Positions 22,495-31,360 of a stretch of 47,595 nucleotides of DNA are shown here, in pieces; within the stretch, counting starts at the first letter, position 1, and every line of letters starts with the position of its first letter. The stretch spans positions 1 to 47,595 of the IMG/VR virus record IMGVR_UViG_3300023280_000122; one strand, written 5' to 3'. The DNA comes from a virus. The notes under the pieces were generated by a model. The model was not told the DNA's origin. It did not search any database and was given only the letters and a program-made list of their open reading frames with translations. A program made the translations under genes and the position numbers.

Positions 22495-22980
22495 ATGCTC
22501 GACAAATTCTTAGTTCTCCTGGAACGTTTCGTAGTAGCCCATGAGCTGATTGCGGCTAACTCTGCGAAAACAACAGTCATCGAAAAAGTAGGCGATGCTA
22601 TCCGCGCCGAAGAGAAACCTGCGGCCGAACTGCCGGTTGAAGGTGAAGACGTTATCGAAACGCCTAAGGCCAAGCGTACCGCGGCAACTAAGCCGGATGC
22701 AGCACACGACCTGGCCGACGAAGCGCCGCAAGAGAAGCCTAAGCGCAAACCGCGCCAGCCTAAAGCGCCAGCGCCCGACCTGAAAGAGCTGCGCGACGAG
22801 CTGAAGACCATCGCCACTCATATCAGCGCCGGGGATTCTGATGAGTGCGCCGACGAATTCGACGACCTGCTGGAAGAGTACGGCGTACGCACCGTGCCTA
22901 AGATTAAAGACGAAGATGTTGAAGCGTTCCATAAAGCCGCTAAAGCCCTGGTATCGCGTTACTACGAAATCGAAGACTAA
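22495..22980 (+). CDS. Hypothetical early protein (161 aa)
   Basis: Track ORF with RBS AAGGA. It has a Lys/Pro-rich central region that looks disordered and an acidic C-terminal part. Confidence 0.7.
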   Translation: MLDKFLVLLERFVVAHELIAANSAKTTVIEKVGDAIRAEEKPAAELPVEGEDVIETPKAKRTAATKPDAAHDLADEAPQEKPKRKPRQPKAPAPDLKELRDELKTIATHISAGDSDECADEFDDLLEEYGVRTVPKIKDEDVEAFHKAAKALVSRYYEIED

Positions 22981-23024
22981 CATAACCGCCCCGGTGCGCC
23001 GGGGCTTCCCAAAGGGGGTTCCAC

Positions 23025-23246
23025 ATGAAAATCCGATTACTGAATGACGGCGGTTATGATGAACTTTCATCTGTACCTTACCCATTCGAAGTAGAAGCTT
23101 CTCCCGTCGGCGGCATTTTCGGCTTTGACGTACACGCCGGGCAGTTCCGCCGCTTCGGCCTCGCTGTCGACGGCGACCCGCAATACGATTATCCGGGCTA
23201 TTACTATTTCAGTCTTCGCCGCAACGAATGCGAGGTGGTTAAATGA
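23025..23246 (+). CDS. Hypothetical protein (73 aa)
   Basis: Track ORF with a G-rich RBS and an ATGA overlap with the next gene. Confidence 0.6.
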   Translation: MKIRLLNDGGYDELSSVPYPFEVEASPVGGIFGFDVHAGQFRRFGLAVDGDPQYDYPGYYYFSLRRNECEVVK

Positions 23247-23470
23247 AATACGCACTCTATCAAGTGGTTGACACCCGAGACAATAAACCGATGCTGTGGC
23301 TCTATGACCACGTTAATCACCGGGTCGCGCTTTTCTACGCGAAGACTGCCCCGTCTCGCATTAAACAGCGTACTGTGGTAGCCCCGGAAGGCATTACCTG
23401 GGAGCCTGAAGAAACGATGTTAAAGTTCGCAGACATGACTACCTCTGTGTACGTCGATGTGTGGGGCTAA
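23243..23470 (+). CDS. Hypothetical protein (75 aa)
   Basis: Track ORF, translationally coupled upstream. Confidence 0.6.
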   Translation: MKYALYQVVDTRDNKPMLWLYDHVNHRVALFYAKTAPSRIKQRTVVAPEGITWEPEETMLKFADMTTSVYVDVWG

Positions 23471-23473
23471 TGG

Positions 23474-24784
23474 ATGAAACTAAAAATCAAAGCCCCGGCA
23501 ACAAACAGCAACCACAGCCACGCGTTGCTAAGCCCCAGCGCGGCAAAGAAATGGCTGGCCTGTCCCGCGGCGCTGGCGTGTGAGTTCGGCATACCCAACG
23601 AATCCGGCCAGGCGGCCGTGAACGGTACGGCGATGCATCACATGTCCGAGGTGATTCTCGGTCGCATTATCAAAGGGGGTAATTATTCAGCAAGCCCATA
23701 CGCCGGGTCTCACGTACTCAACCACGGCAAAGGGCCTATCAAAGCGCTGCTTAAACCTGAAGATGGTGCAGTGCTGATTACGCCGGATTTCGTGACGCAG
23801 GTAGACAAGTACGTCGACTACTGCCGGCCTATCATTGCCGCTGCGGAGTTAGTAGAGATTGAGAAGCGCGTTAATCTGACCCGCGTTCTGCATCCTGGCG
23901 TTGAACTGAACGGGGAACCGTTACAGACATTTGGCACCGCCGACCTGGTAGCTGTTTTTCCTCGTTTAGCTGTTAAGCATGGGGAAACCCCAAGCTACAT
24001 GCTCATCGTCGGCGACCTGAAAACCGGCCGTCACCGTGTATCCGCGAAAGAGAACAAGCAGATGATGCTTTATGCTCTCGGCCTGCTGCAAGTGTATCGC
24101 CGTCTGTACGATATCACAGCGGTACGTCTGGTCATCTTCCAGCCGTATACGGGGGGTGCCGACGAGTGGGACACTACACCAGCAGCGCTTGAGCGGTTCG
24201 GCAAAGAGGCAAGCGCGGCGGCATTGCGGGCCATTGACGCGTTCCGGCGTGGTAAGAAAGGGCTTAAACCCGTGGACTTTAACCCAGGCTACGACCAGTG
24301 CCAATGGTGCCGGTTCTCGGAGAAGTGCAACGCCAAGCGTAAGGTTGCAACACGAGATATTGTCGATGACCTGGCAGACGGGCCGCCGGCAGAAATGTCC
24401 CTGGAGCAACTGAAGTCAGAGTGGGACAAGCTGCCGTTGATGCGTCAGCACATCGCCGACATTGAGAAAGCCATGTATGCGGCGCTGATGCGCGGCGAGC
24501 GGGTGGAGGGGTTGAAGCTTGTGGAGGGCCGACCGGGTAATCGGAGTTGGAGCGATGAACAGCAGGTACTAAATACGGCAGAAACTAACGAGATTAGTCG
24601 CGATATGCTGCACAAAGAAGTATTGCTATCGCCGACTGAAGCCGAAAAAGCCTTTAAAGGCTCCGCGGCATGGGAACTTCTGGCGCCTTTAGTCACCCGC
24701 AAACCAGGACAGCCTTCTATCACCACGGCCGACGACAAGCGGCCGGAATGGTCGCCCGCATCTGACGACGATTTAGCAAATTAA
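23474..24784 (+). CDS. PD-(D/E)XK nuclease, DUF2800/Cas4-like with C-terminal Cys cluster
   Basis: IVGDLKTGRH is a D-x-K core. The cysteine cluster is CQWCRFSEKC. The gene lies upstream of the SSB and PolA genes, as in known DUF2800-DUF2815-PolA modules. Confidence 0.75.
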   Translation: MKLKIKAPATNSNHSHALLSPSAAKKWLACPAALACEFGIPNESGQAAVNGTAMHHMSEVILGRIIKGGNYSASPYAGSHVLNHGKGPIKALLKPEDGAVLITPDFVTQVDKYVDYCRPIIAAAELVEIEKRVNLTRVLHPGVELNGEPLQTFGTADLVAVFPRLAVKHGETPSYMLIVGDLKTGRHRVSAKENKQMMLYALGLLQVYRRLYDITAVRLVIFQPYTGGADEWDTTPAALERFGKEASAAALRAIDAFRRGKKGLKPVDFNPGYDQCQWCRFSEKCNAKRKVATRDIVDDLADGPPAEMSLEQLKSEWDKLPLMRQHIADIEKAMYAALMRGERVEGLKLVEGRPGNRSWSDEQQVLNTAETNEISRDMLHKEVLLSPTEAEKAFKGSAAWELLAPLVTRKPGQPSITTADDKRPEWSPASDDDLAN

Positions 24785-24787
24785 TTG

Positions 24788-24816
24788 TTGACTTAGTAAT
24801 ATTGTTCTATTAATCT
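24788..24816 (+). promoter_or_regulatory. Sigma70-like promoter with the TAATA-N6-TATTA element
   Basis: TTGACT (24788-24793), a 17-nt spacer, then TAATCT (24811-24816). The palindrome TAATA-ttgttc-TATTA spans 24797-24812. Confidence 0.6.
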
Positions 24817-24872
24817 TCTACCCACTGGCCGGGCAGATTACCCGGAGTAAACTGAAAACAGGAAAATGCAAA

Positions 24873-25568
24873 ATGGGTATCAAAGTAAATCTGAAAAACG
24901 TTCGTATCGGCTGGGTAAATGTGTTCGAGAAAGCCGCAGACTCTGTAAACCAACAGGGACAGGCTGTTAAAGGCAAGTACCAACTGACCGCATACTTGGA
25001 CAAAGACGACCCGCAAATCAACAAGCTGGACGCCACCGTCCTGGAAGTGCTAACCGAAGGCATGAAGTCCTCTAAAGCTGCCGAAAAATGGATGGACAAA
25101 AACTACGGCTTCGGCAATCACGCAGATAAATGCGCTATCCGCGACCTGGCAGAGCGCGACAAGCCAATCGAAGGCCTGAAAGAAGGTTTGTACTTCAAAG
25201 CGACCAGCCAGAAACGCCCGGTTATTATGACATCCGCCGGTGAGCGCCAGGGTTCTGAGCGCGGCCTGACCGTCGACGGCGACGACATCGAAGGTAAAGA
25301 AGTTTACGCTGGCTGCTACGCCAACATCTCCGTTGAAATCTACTGGTACGACCAGTATAAAACGCTGCTGGTAAACCTGCTGGGCGTGCGCTTCCGTGAA
25401 GACGGCGAAGCATTCGGCGGTGCTGGCGAAGTGGCAACCGACAACGACTTGGATGATGACGACGATAAGCTGGTCAAGCCTAAGCGCCGTCCGAACCGTG
25501 ACGAGGACGACGAAGAAGAAGAGCGTCCACGCAAAAAACGTCGCAACTATGAAGACGACGAAGAATAA
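24873..25568 (+). CDS. ssDNA-binding protein (DUF2815-like) with acidic C-terminal tail
   Basis: 231 aa. It sits between the nuclease and polymerase genes. The C-terminus is DDDDDK...DEDDEEEE...YEDDEE. Confidence 0.65.
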   Translation: MGIKVNLKNVRIGWVNVFEKAADSVNQQGQAVKGKYQLTAYLDKDDPQINKLDATVLEVLTEGMKSSKAAEKWMDKNYGFGNHADKCAIRDLAERDKPIEGLKEGLYFKATSQKRPVIMTSAGERQGSERGLTVDGDDIEGKEVYAGCYANISVEIYWYDQYKTLLVNLLGVRFREDGEAFGGAGEVATDNDLDDDDDKLVKPKRRPNRDEDDEEEERPRKKRRNYEDDEE

Positions 25569-25586
25569 GGATATTCGATAACGACA

Positions 25587-25612
25587 AGGCCCGCCATGCG
25601 CGGGCTTTTTCT
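25587..25612 (+). terminator. Intrinsic terminator or attenuator before the polymerase gene
   Basis: gcccgc-catgc-gcgggc stem followed by TTTTT. The polymerase RBS follows within 5 nt, so read-through is probably required. Confidence 0.6.
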
Positions 25613-25623
25613 TAGAGGTGCTT

Positions 25624-27804
25624 ATGAAATTATTTCTCGACCTGGAAACATTCTCCGAAGCTGACCTGAAGAAGGTTGGCTCTTACGCGTATGCAGAACA
25701 CCCATCGACCGAAATTCTCCTGGCGCTTTACGCGCTTGACGACGGCGAGCCGCAGGTATGGGACTGCACAGACGGTTCACGAATGCCAGATGGCCTTAGG
25801 CGCGCCCTACGCCAGGTGCGCCGCCACAAGGCTAAGATTGTCGGGCAAAACTTCCTGATGTTCGACCGTTTGGTCATCAAACACGTCTGGGGTATCGAAC
25901 TAGACCCGCGCGACATTATCGATACGATGGTTTGCGCTTTCCGTCACTCTCTCCCCGGCAGCTTGGCCGCTCTGTGCGAGGTGTTGCAGATTGATGAGGA
26001 CCTTGCCAAAGACAAAAGCGGTAAGGCTCTGATTAACCGCTTCTCGAAGCCCACACCGAAGAATTACAAAGTGCGGAGGTACGACCGCACAACACATCCT
26101 GAGGAGTGGAAAGCCTTTATCAAATATGGTATCTCGGACATAACCTCAATGCGTGAGGTTCTTTACTCACTGCCGGATTGGGGTAATACAGAGTTTGAGA
26201 ATACGGTGCTTGCCGTCGACCAGCGAGTCAACGACCGGGGCTTTCACGTCGACACGGCGCTCGCCAACGCGGCAGTTGACGCGGTTAAACAGCACAAGAT
26301 TGAACTCCAGGCCGAGGCGAACACCAAGTGGGGTGCGGGTCTAACCGGTGCTGCTTTTTTGCCGACGCTGCGCGACCTCGCCCCAGCTCATGAGATTCTC
26401 AACGCGCAGAAGTCCACACTGAACGACCTATTAGCCGACGATGACCTGCCAGACGACGCCCGCACAATTATAGAAATGCGCCTGGGGGCCAGCTCCACGG
26501 CATCGACCAAGTACAACCCGCTTCTGCTTGGCTTATCTGCTGACGGACGCCGTCGCGGCTGCCTTCAGTACGGAGGTGCTAAACGCACGCTTCGATGGGC
26601 GGGGAAGGGCTTCCAACCACAGAACCTGGCCCGCGGGCACTTCTCCGGCGATGAATTAACCCAAGGCATCGACATGTTGCTAAAAGGTCGCGCCCATTGG
26701 CTCTATGACGTATCGAAGCTGACCGCGTCAACCGTACGTGGCTGCATCATACCGACAGCCGGGAGCAAGCTGGTCGTTGCCGACTATTCCAACGTCGAGG
26801 GGCGCGGGCTGGCGTGGCTCTCCGGGGAAGAAACAGCGCTTGCAACATTCCTTGCGGGCCTTGACATTTACTGTGTGACCGCAGGCAAGATGTTTGGTAT
26901 GGACCCAGACGAGATTAAGAAGCTACGCAAAGACCTACGGCAGATTGGTAAAGCTTGCGAACTTGGCCTAGGTTACGGCGGCGGGGTCGCGGCGTTCCTG
27001 ACCTTTGCCAAGAACCTCGGCCTTGACCTCTACGCGATGGCGGAGACGATGAAAGGCACATTCCCAGACCACATCTGGGCCGCGGCCAAGCGGGGATATG
27101 AATACGCACGCATCCAGGAGAAGAATAAACGCGGCTTTAATGGGCAGAAACCAGACCGCCCGTCTTACGACCTGCCAAAATCGGTGTGGCTTACCTGCGA
27201 CAGCATTAAACGGATGTGGCGCGAGTCACATCCGGAGACGTGTCGTTTCTGGTCGGACCTGGAATCCGCGGCGATGAACGCCATTAACAATCCAGGACAA
27301 GTGTTCTGGGCTGGCGCTGCCGTGCGAGAGAACGGAGACCGGGCGATTAAAATCAGTCGCACCGGCAATAGTCGTAATCCTGGCTGGTGGCTGAAGGTTG
27401 AACTGCCGTCGGGTCGCGTGCTGAGTTACCCCGGTATCGGGATATCGGTCGAGAAACAAGTAGATGATGAAGGTGAAAAAGCAGAATACCGCGAGCGCAT
27501 CCGCTACATGGGCGAGAACCAGACTACCCGGCAATGGAGTAAACAGTACACCTACGGCGGAAAACTGGCGGAAAACGTCACACAGGCCCTGTGCCGTGAC
27601 CTGCTCGCGGTGGCTTTGGTCCGAATTGATTCAGAAGGCTGGCCTATCATACTTCATGTTCATGACGAAGTGGTGTGCGAAGTGCCCCAGTTGCCAGAGT
27701 ACAGCGTCGCGAAGCTGGAAGAGATGATGTGTCAGTTGCCGTCGTGGGCCGCGGGTTTCCCTCTGGCGGCGGAAGGCGCGGAGCTGATGCGTTACGCTAA
27801 ATAA
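25624..27804 (+). CDS. DNA polymerase, family A, with 3'-5' exonuclease domain
   Basis: Exo I motif FLDLETFS. Polymerase motif A is VVADYSNVEGRGLAWLSGE, motif B is RQIGKACELGLGYGGG and motif C is LHVHDEVV. The ATG at 25624 has RBS GAGG. Confidence 0.85.
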   Translation: MKLFLDLETFSEADLKKVGSYAYAEHPSTEILLALYALDDGEPQVWDCTDGSRMPDGLRRALRQVRRHKAKIVGQNFLMFDRLVIKHVWGIELDPRDIIDTMVCAFRHSLPGSLAALCEVLQIDEDLAKDKSGKALINRFSKPTPKNYKVRRYDRTTHPEEWKAFIKYGISDITSMREVLYSLPDWGNTEFENTVLAVDQRVNDRGFHVDTALANAAVDAVKQHKIELQAEANTKWGAGLTGAAFLPTLRDLAPAHEILNAQKSTLNDLLADDDLPDDARTIIEMRLGASSTASTKYNPLLLGLSADGRRRGCLQYGGAKRTLRWAGKGFQPQNLARGHFSGDELTQGIDMLLKGRAHWLYDVSKLTASTVRGCIIPTAGSKLVVADYSNVEGRGLAWLSGEETALATFLAGLDIYCVTAGKMFGMDPDEIKKLRKDLRQIGKACELGLGYGGGVAAFLTFAKNLGLDLYAMAETMKGTFPDHIWAAAKRGYEYARIQEKNKRGFNGQKPDRPSYDLPKSVWLTCDSIKRMWRESHPETCRFWSDLESAAMNAINNPGQVFWAGAAVRENGDRAIKISRTGNSRNPGWWLKVELPSGRVLSYPGIGISVEKQVDDEGEKAEYRERIRYMGENQTTRQWSKQYTYGGKLAENVTQALCRDLLAVALVRIDSEGWPIILHVHDEVVCEVPQLPEYSVAKLEEMMCQLPSWAAGFPLAAEGAELMRYAK

Positions 27805-27870
27805 TACTATTGTAATATATGGGTGGCGGTGCTAGTATTGGGTCGTCACCTTTTACTTTGGAGCTAAATA

Positions 27871-28206
27871 ATGAAGCCAATGAATTTTAAAACGCCACTT
27901 TTCCCGAGTAGAATTCGCGTTTTCTTCTCTTTGGATGACTTCTACGCCAAATACCCAGAGGAACAGGTTAAGGACGCGACGGGATTTAAGGCGTTTGTCT
28001 GTGAGAAAAATGGAATAATTTGCATGGTTTTAGTCGAATACTCTGAAGTAACTCTCGTGCATGAATGCGTTCACGTGGCGTGGGCCGTTCTTAATTTTAC
28101 CGGTGTGCATGTCGATTACCATAATGACGAACCTCTTGCTTATCTAGTCGACCATATATTTGAACGCGTTCAAAAACACCACGCTAAGGAGTGCACTAAT
28201 GGCTAA
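27871..28206 (+). CDS. Small HExxH-motif protein (111 aa), putative minimal zinc metallopeptidase-like
   Basis: TLVHECVHVAW contains HExxH, and HVDYHNDEP follows downstream. The gene is AT-rich. RBS GGAG. Confidence 0.55.
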   Translation: MKPMNFKTPLFPSRIRVFFSLDDFYAKYPEEQVKDATGFKAFVCEKNGIICMVLVEYSEVTLVHECVHVAWAVLNFTGVHVDYHNDEPLAYLVDHIFERVQKHHAKECTNG

Positions 28207-28552
28207 AACACCTGAAGGCGTTATCCAGGCTTACGGCATGGCCGAACTGAAGAAGCGCGGTTGCCTGGTTCGCAAGATTGGCTACGAAGGTAGACGCGGC
28301 TGCCCGGACCACATGGTGCTGGTGCCGAGGAGAGTAGTTTTCCGTGATTATTTCGGGAACGGGACTTCTCGCCAAAGCGTTCTCTTTCCCCGAATTGTAT
28401 TCATCGAATACAAAGCAACCGAAGACACAGAGCCTGAGCAGCACCAGCTGCGCGAACACGCCCGGATGCGCGCGGTCGGCGCCGACGTAAGGGTCATTGG
28501 TAGCAAGCGCCAGGTGGATGCGTTGATAGAGGAGTTATTCCCATGCGAGTAA
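28199..28552 (+). CDS. VRR-NUC domain nuclease
   Basis: RRGCPDHMVLVP ... IVFIEYK ... EQHQL fits the PD...ExK...Q pattern. The ATG at 28199 has RBS AAGGAG. Confidence 0.7.
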   Translation: MAKTPEGVIQAYGMAELKKRGCLVRKIGYEGRRGCPDHMVLVPRRVVFRDYFGNGTSRQSVLFPRIVFIEYKATEDTEPEQHQLREHARMRAVGADVRVIGSKRQVDALIEELFPCE

Positions 28553-29199
28553 TATGGTCACTTTTCGACGGCAGCGGAATTATGGGGCTGCCGTGGGCCG
28601 AAGCCGGGCATAAAGTATATTGTTTCAATGCTGACGAGGCCGACCACGGCGAATACGAGTTTAAAATGCGACATTCTAATTTAATTTATGTCAATAAGTT
28701 TATAACGCCAAATTCCGATTTCTCGGACTACCCAGAACCGGATATTATTTTCGCGTTCCCCTCGTGTACTGAATTGGCCGGAAGTGGCGAGCAACATGAG
28801 CGCACCACCATGCAGATACGCGGCGCAGTTGCTACGGCTAAAGTAACGGAGCGACTGGGGAACGTATTCGGTTGCCCGTGGATGGTCGAGAACCCAGTGG
28901 GTAAGCTGTCTACTTTCTGGCGTAAACCAGACCATTATTTCAATCCGTTTGAGTACGGCGGTTATATGACCGGTGAAGAAGAACAGTTCCATCCGCGTAT
29001 GCCTGCCCGCGATGCATATACAAAGAAAACCTGTCTCTGGACAGGTAACGGTTTTGTTATGCCGGAAAAGAAACCCGTCCAGCACATCGGTAAATTCTGG
29101 GGTTGGGCTTACCTCGGCGGCAAATCGGAAAAAACAAAACAGCTACGGTCGCTTACACCTCGCGGTTTTGCTACTGCCGTATACGGGGCTAACAAATGA
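28543..29199 (+). CDS. DNA (cytosine-5) methyltransferase-like protein, unusually short (218 aa)
   Basis: Motif I is LFDGSG. A motif IV-like segment is FPSCTELAGSG. A motif VI-like segment is MVENPVG. The C-terminal segment is RSLTPRGFATAV. No obvious large target-recognition domain is present. Confidence 0.55.
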   Translation: MRVIWSLFDGSGIMGLPWAEAGHKVYCFNADEADHGEYEFKMRHSNLIYVNKFITPNSDFSDYPEPDIIFAFPSCTELAGSGEQHERTTMQIRGAVATAKVTERLGNVFGCPWMVENPVGKLSTFWRKPDHYFNPFEYGGYMTGEEEQFHPRMPARDAYTKKTCLWTGNGFVMPEKKPVQHIGKFWGWAYLGGKSEKTKQLRSLTPRGFATAVYGANK

Positions 29200-30632
29200 A
29201 CTTTGAACGGAGACCATACCAGAAGCTAATCACAGCACACATCATGAAGCACCCACGCGCGAACGTGTTCGCAACAATGGGTAGCGGTAAAACCGGCAGC
29301 GTGATGTGGTCGCTGAACAAGATGTTCCAGTCCGGCATTCTGGAGGACTGGGACCAGGAGAACTGGACAGGAGACCGTGTGCTGGTGCTGGCCCCGCTAC
29401 GCGTGGCGTCGGGCACCTGGCCCGCCGAACAGGTTAAATGGCAATTCCCCGCGCTTCGGGTCGTCGACGGCACCGGCAGCCGTCAGTATCGGGAAGATGT
29501 AATGCTGAACGACGACGCTAATGTCGTGTGCTGCAATTACGACATCCTGGAATGGCTTGTTGAATTCTGGGGTGACCGCTGGCCGTTTACCGTGATTGTT
29601 GCCGACGAGTCGACGAAGCTTAAGTCGTTCCGCAGTAAAGGGGGTAGTAAGCGCGCCCGCGCCCTTGGCAAGGTTGCGCACAAGAAGATTAAACGCTTCA
29701 TTAATCTGACCGGTACGCCGGCACCGAACGGCCTTAAAGACCTCTGGGGGCAGTGCTGGTTTCTGGACGCAGGTCAACGCCTCGGGAGCAGCTACCAGGC
29801 GTTTACCGACCGCTGGTTTGTCTCTATTCAGGAGGGTAGCCATCATGCGGCAAAGTCTTTCAAGCCGCGTTCTGGCGCTGATACCGAAATCCATCAACGT
29901 ATCGCCGACATATCACTCACCGTGGACGCAGCCGAATTTTTTGGATGCGACAAGCCTGTCACCATTCCCGTACTGGTACAGTTGCCGTCTAAGGCCCGTA
30001 AGGTATACGACCAGATGGAGAAGGAACTCTTTGCCCAGCTTGACGCCGGGGAGGTTGAGGCTGCTAATGCCGCGGCGCGCACAGCTAAGTGTCTGCAGAT
30101 TGCGGGGGGCGCTGTCTACGTAACCGGAGAAGACGGCGAGCCAAGCCGCGAATGGGAGCTGGTACATAACGCGAAGCTGGACGCGCTGGAGTCTATTTAC
30201 GACGAGCTGAGCGGGGCGCCGCTTCTGGTGGCCTACCAGTACAAGCACGACCTCGAACGGATACTGAAGAAGTTCCCTGAAGCTGTCGCGCTCGGCAAAG
30301 GGTCTAAGGGGAACAAACAAATTGACGCATGGAACCGCGGCGAGATACCGATGCTGCTGGTGCATCCGGCGTCTGCCGGTCACGGCCTTAACCTGCAGGA
30401 CGGAGGGCATCACCTCGCGTTCTACGGTCTGACGTGGAACTATGAGCATTACGCGCAGATTATCGAGCGTATTGGACCAGTACGTCAGCACCAGGCAGGA
30501 CACCCCCGCCCCGTGTTCATCTACCAGATTCAGGCAGAAGGTACGCTGGACCAGGTAGTGCAGGCGCGCGTCGAGGGTAAAGCCGATGTGCAACAGTTAT
30601 TGATGGACTATTGCAAACAAAAACGCGGATAG
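29196..30632 (+). CDS. SNF2/DEAD-like superfamily 2 helicase
   Basis: Walker A is ATMGSGKTG and motif II is VIVADESTKLK. The C-terminal helicase domain contains LLVHPASAGHGLNLQ. Confidence 0.8.
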   Translation: MNFERRPYQKLITAHIMKHPRANVFATMGSGKTGSVMWSLNKMFQSGILEDWDQENWTGDRVLVLAPLRVASGTWPAEQVKWQFPALRVVDGTGSRQYREDVMLNDDANVVCCNYDILEWLVEFWGDRWPFTVIVADESTKLKSFRSKGGSKRARALGKVAHKKIKRFINLTGTPAPNGLKDLWGQCWFLDAGQRLGSSYQAFTDRWFVSIQEGSHHAAKSFKPRSGADTEIHQRIADISLTVDAAEFFGCDKPVTIPVLVQLPSKARKVYDQMEKELFAQLDAGEVEAANAAARTAKCLQIAGGAVYVTGEDGEPSREWELVHNAKLDALESIYDELSGAPLLVAYQYKHDLERILKKFPEAVALGKGSKGNKQIDAWNRGEIPMLLVHPASAGHGLNLQDGGHHLAFYGLTWNYEHYAQIIERIGPVRQHQAGHPRPVFIYQIQAEGTLDQVVQARVEGKADVQQLLMDYCKQKRG

Positions 30633-30635
30633 GGG

Positions 30636-30664
30636 TTGCCTCTGGTGTAATAGCGTCGTATTAT
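30636..30664 (+). promoter_or_regulatory. Sigma70-like promoter with the TAATA-N6-TATTA element
   Basis: TTGCCT (30636-30641), a 17-nt spacer, then TATTAT (30659-30664). The palindrome TAATA-gcgtcg-TATTA spans 30648-30663. Confidence 0.65.
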
Positions 30665-30693
30665 TCTTGGTAAGCCAACAGAGGAGACACACC

Positions 30694-30903
30694 ATGAAAA
30701 CTTATTTCTACAGCGGACATATCACACTGAGATTCGGCGGCAAACTTACCCATGAATTTTCGGGACTTATTAACGCCGATACTGCCGTTAAAGCTTTTAA
30801 CGGTGTCTACGCGCACCAGCTCGGTAATATTGAAAAGAATGGTGGCAGTGACCGTTCGCACCACATCCAGATTGACACCTTTAATGTAGTGGAGGAAGTA
30901 TGA
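30694..30903 (+). CDS. Hypothetical protein (69 aa)
   Basis: The ATG at 30694 has RBS GAGGAG. The track ORF begins further upstream at a non-ATG codon. Confidence 0.6.
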   Translation: MKTYFYSGHITLRFGGKLTHEFSGLINADTAVKAFNGVYAHQLGNIEKNGGSDRSHHIQIDTFNVVEEV

Positions 30904-31049
30904 GTATCGACACTGTCGCTTATGCTAACGAATTGTTGGCGCGTATTGCCCAACTAGAAGACGAGAACAAAAAGTTGCGCGAACAACGGGACGCCGCTAA
31001 TGCTATGATTCAGACGTTAAACCGTATTATTGCCGGAGATACTGAATGA
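30900..31049 (+). CDS. Hypothetical 49-aa coiled-coil protein
   Basis: Not in the track. It has ATGA overlaps at both ends. The sequence is MSIDTVAYANELLARIAQLEDENKKLREQRD... Confidence 0.5.
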   Translation: MSIDTVAYANELLARIAQLEDENKKLREQRDAANAMIQTLNRIIAGDTE

Positions 31050-31333
31050 AGGCCCAGGATATTCTATCGGCAGCCGCGGCCACTATGCAGCAGCGCGGGC
31101 AGCAAAACGGTTACGATAAAGAAGAGGAGCGCAGTGCTGCGGAAATCGCCCGGCATTTTAACCAAATAACTAGCCACGCTTTCTCAGAACAAGACGCCTG
31201 GCGGTTCATGATTTGTCTAAAAGAGGTGCGCCTTAAAAGGCAATTGGCAAACGGCAGTGATATAGAAGACACGGTTATTGATTTGCTAGCTTATAATGCT
31301 CTCTTGCTGGAGTGCATCAGCGAGAAGAAATGA
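31046..31333 (+). CDS. Hypothetical protein (95 aa), possibly of the DUF1599 / nucleotide-modification-associated domain type
   Basis: The pattern QRGQQNGYD...IARHF...DAWRFMICLKEVRLKRQ...DTVIDLLAYNALL recalls that helical family. The assignment is weak and from memory only. Confidence 0.5.
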   Translation: MKAQDILSAAAATMQQRGQQNGYDKEEERSAAEIARHFNQITSHAFSEQDAWRFMICLKEVRLKRQLANGSDIEDTVIDLLAYNALLLECISEKK

Positions 31334-31335
31334 TT

Positions 31336-31360
31336 AAGGCCCCGTAAGGGGCCTTTTTCT
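31336..31360. terminator. Bidirectional intrinsic terminator
   Basis: aggcccc-gtaa-ggggcct stem followed by TTTTT. It lies at a convergent junction. Confidence 0.8.

Noticed and set aside
22510-23085. Long antisense or out-of-frame track ORFs. Examples are 22510-23085, 20097-20768, 29913-30593, 42022-42705, 46548-47303, 38146-39042, 34439-35050 and 12687-13220.
   Set aside because: Each lies wholly inside a longer ORF on the other strand or in another frame that has recognisable motifs and operon context. Their products are Arg/Ser/Pro-rich low-complexity sequences, typical of shadow frames in GC-rich coding DNA.
28300-28400. An apparent insertion of about 22 aa (RRVVFRDYFGNGTSRQSVLFPR) between the PD and ExK motifs of the VRR-NUC protein.
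   Set aside because: I cannot judge this without an alignment to family members. The spacing between these motifs varies in VRR-NUC proteins, and the DNA shows no repeat or mobile-element signature.
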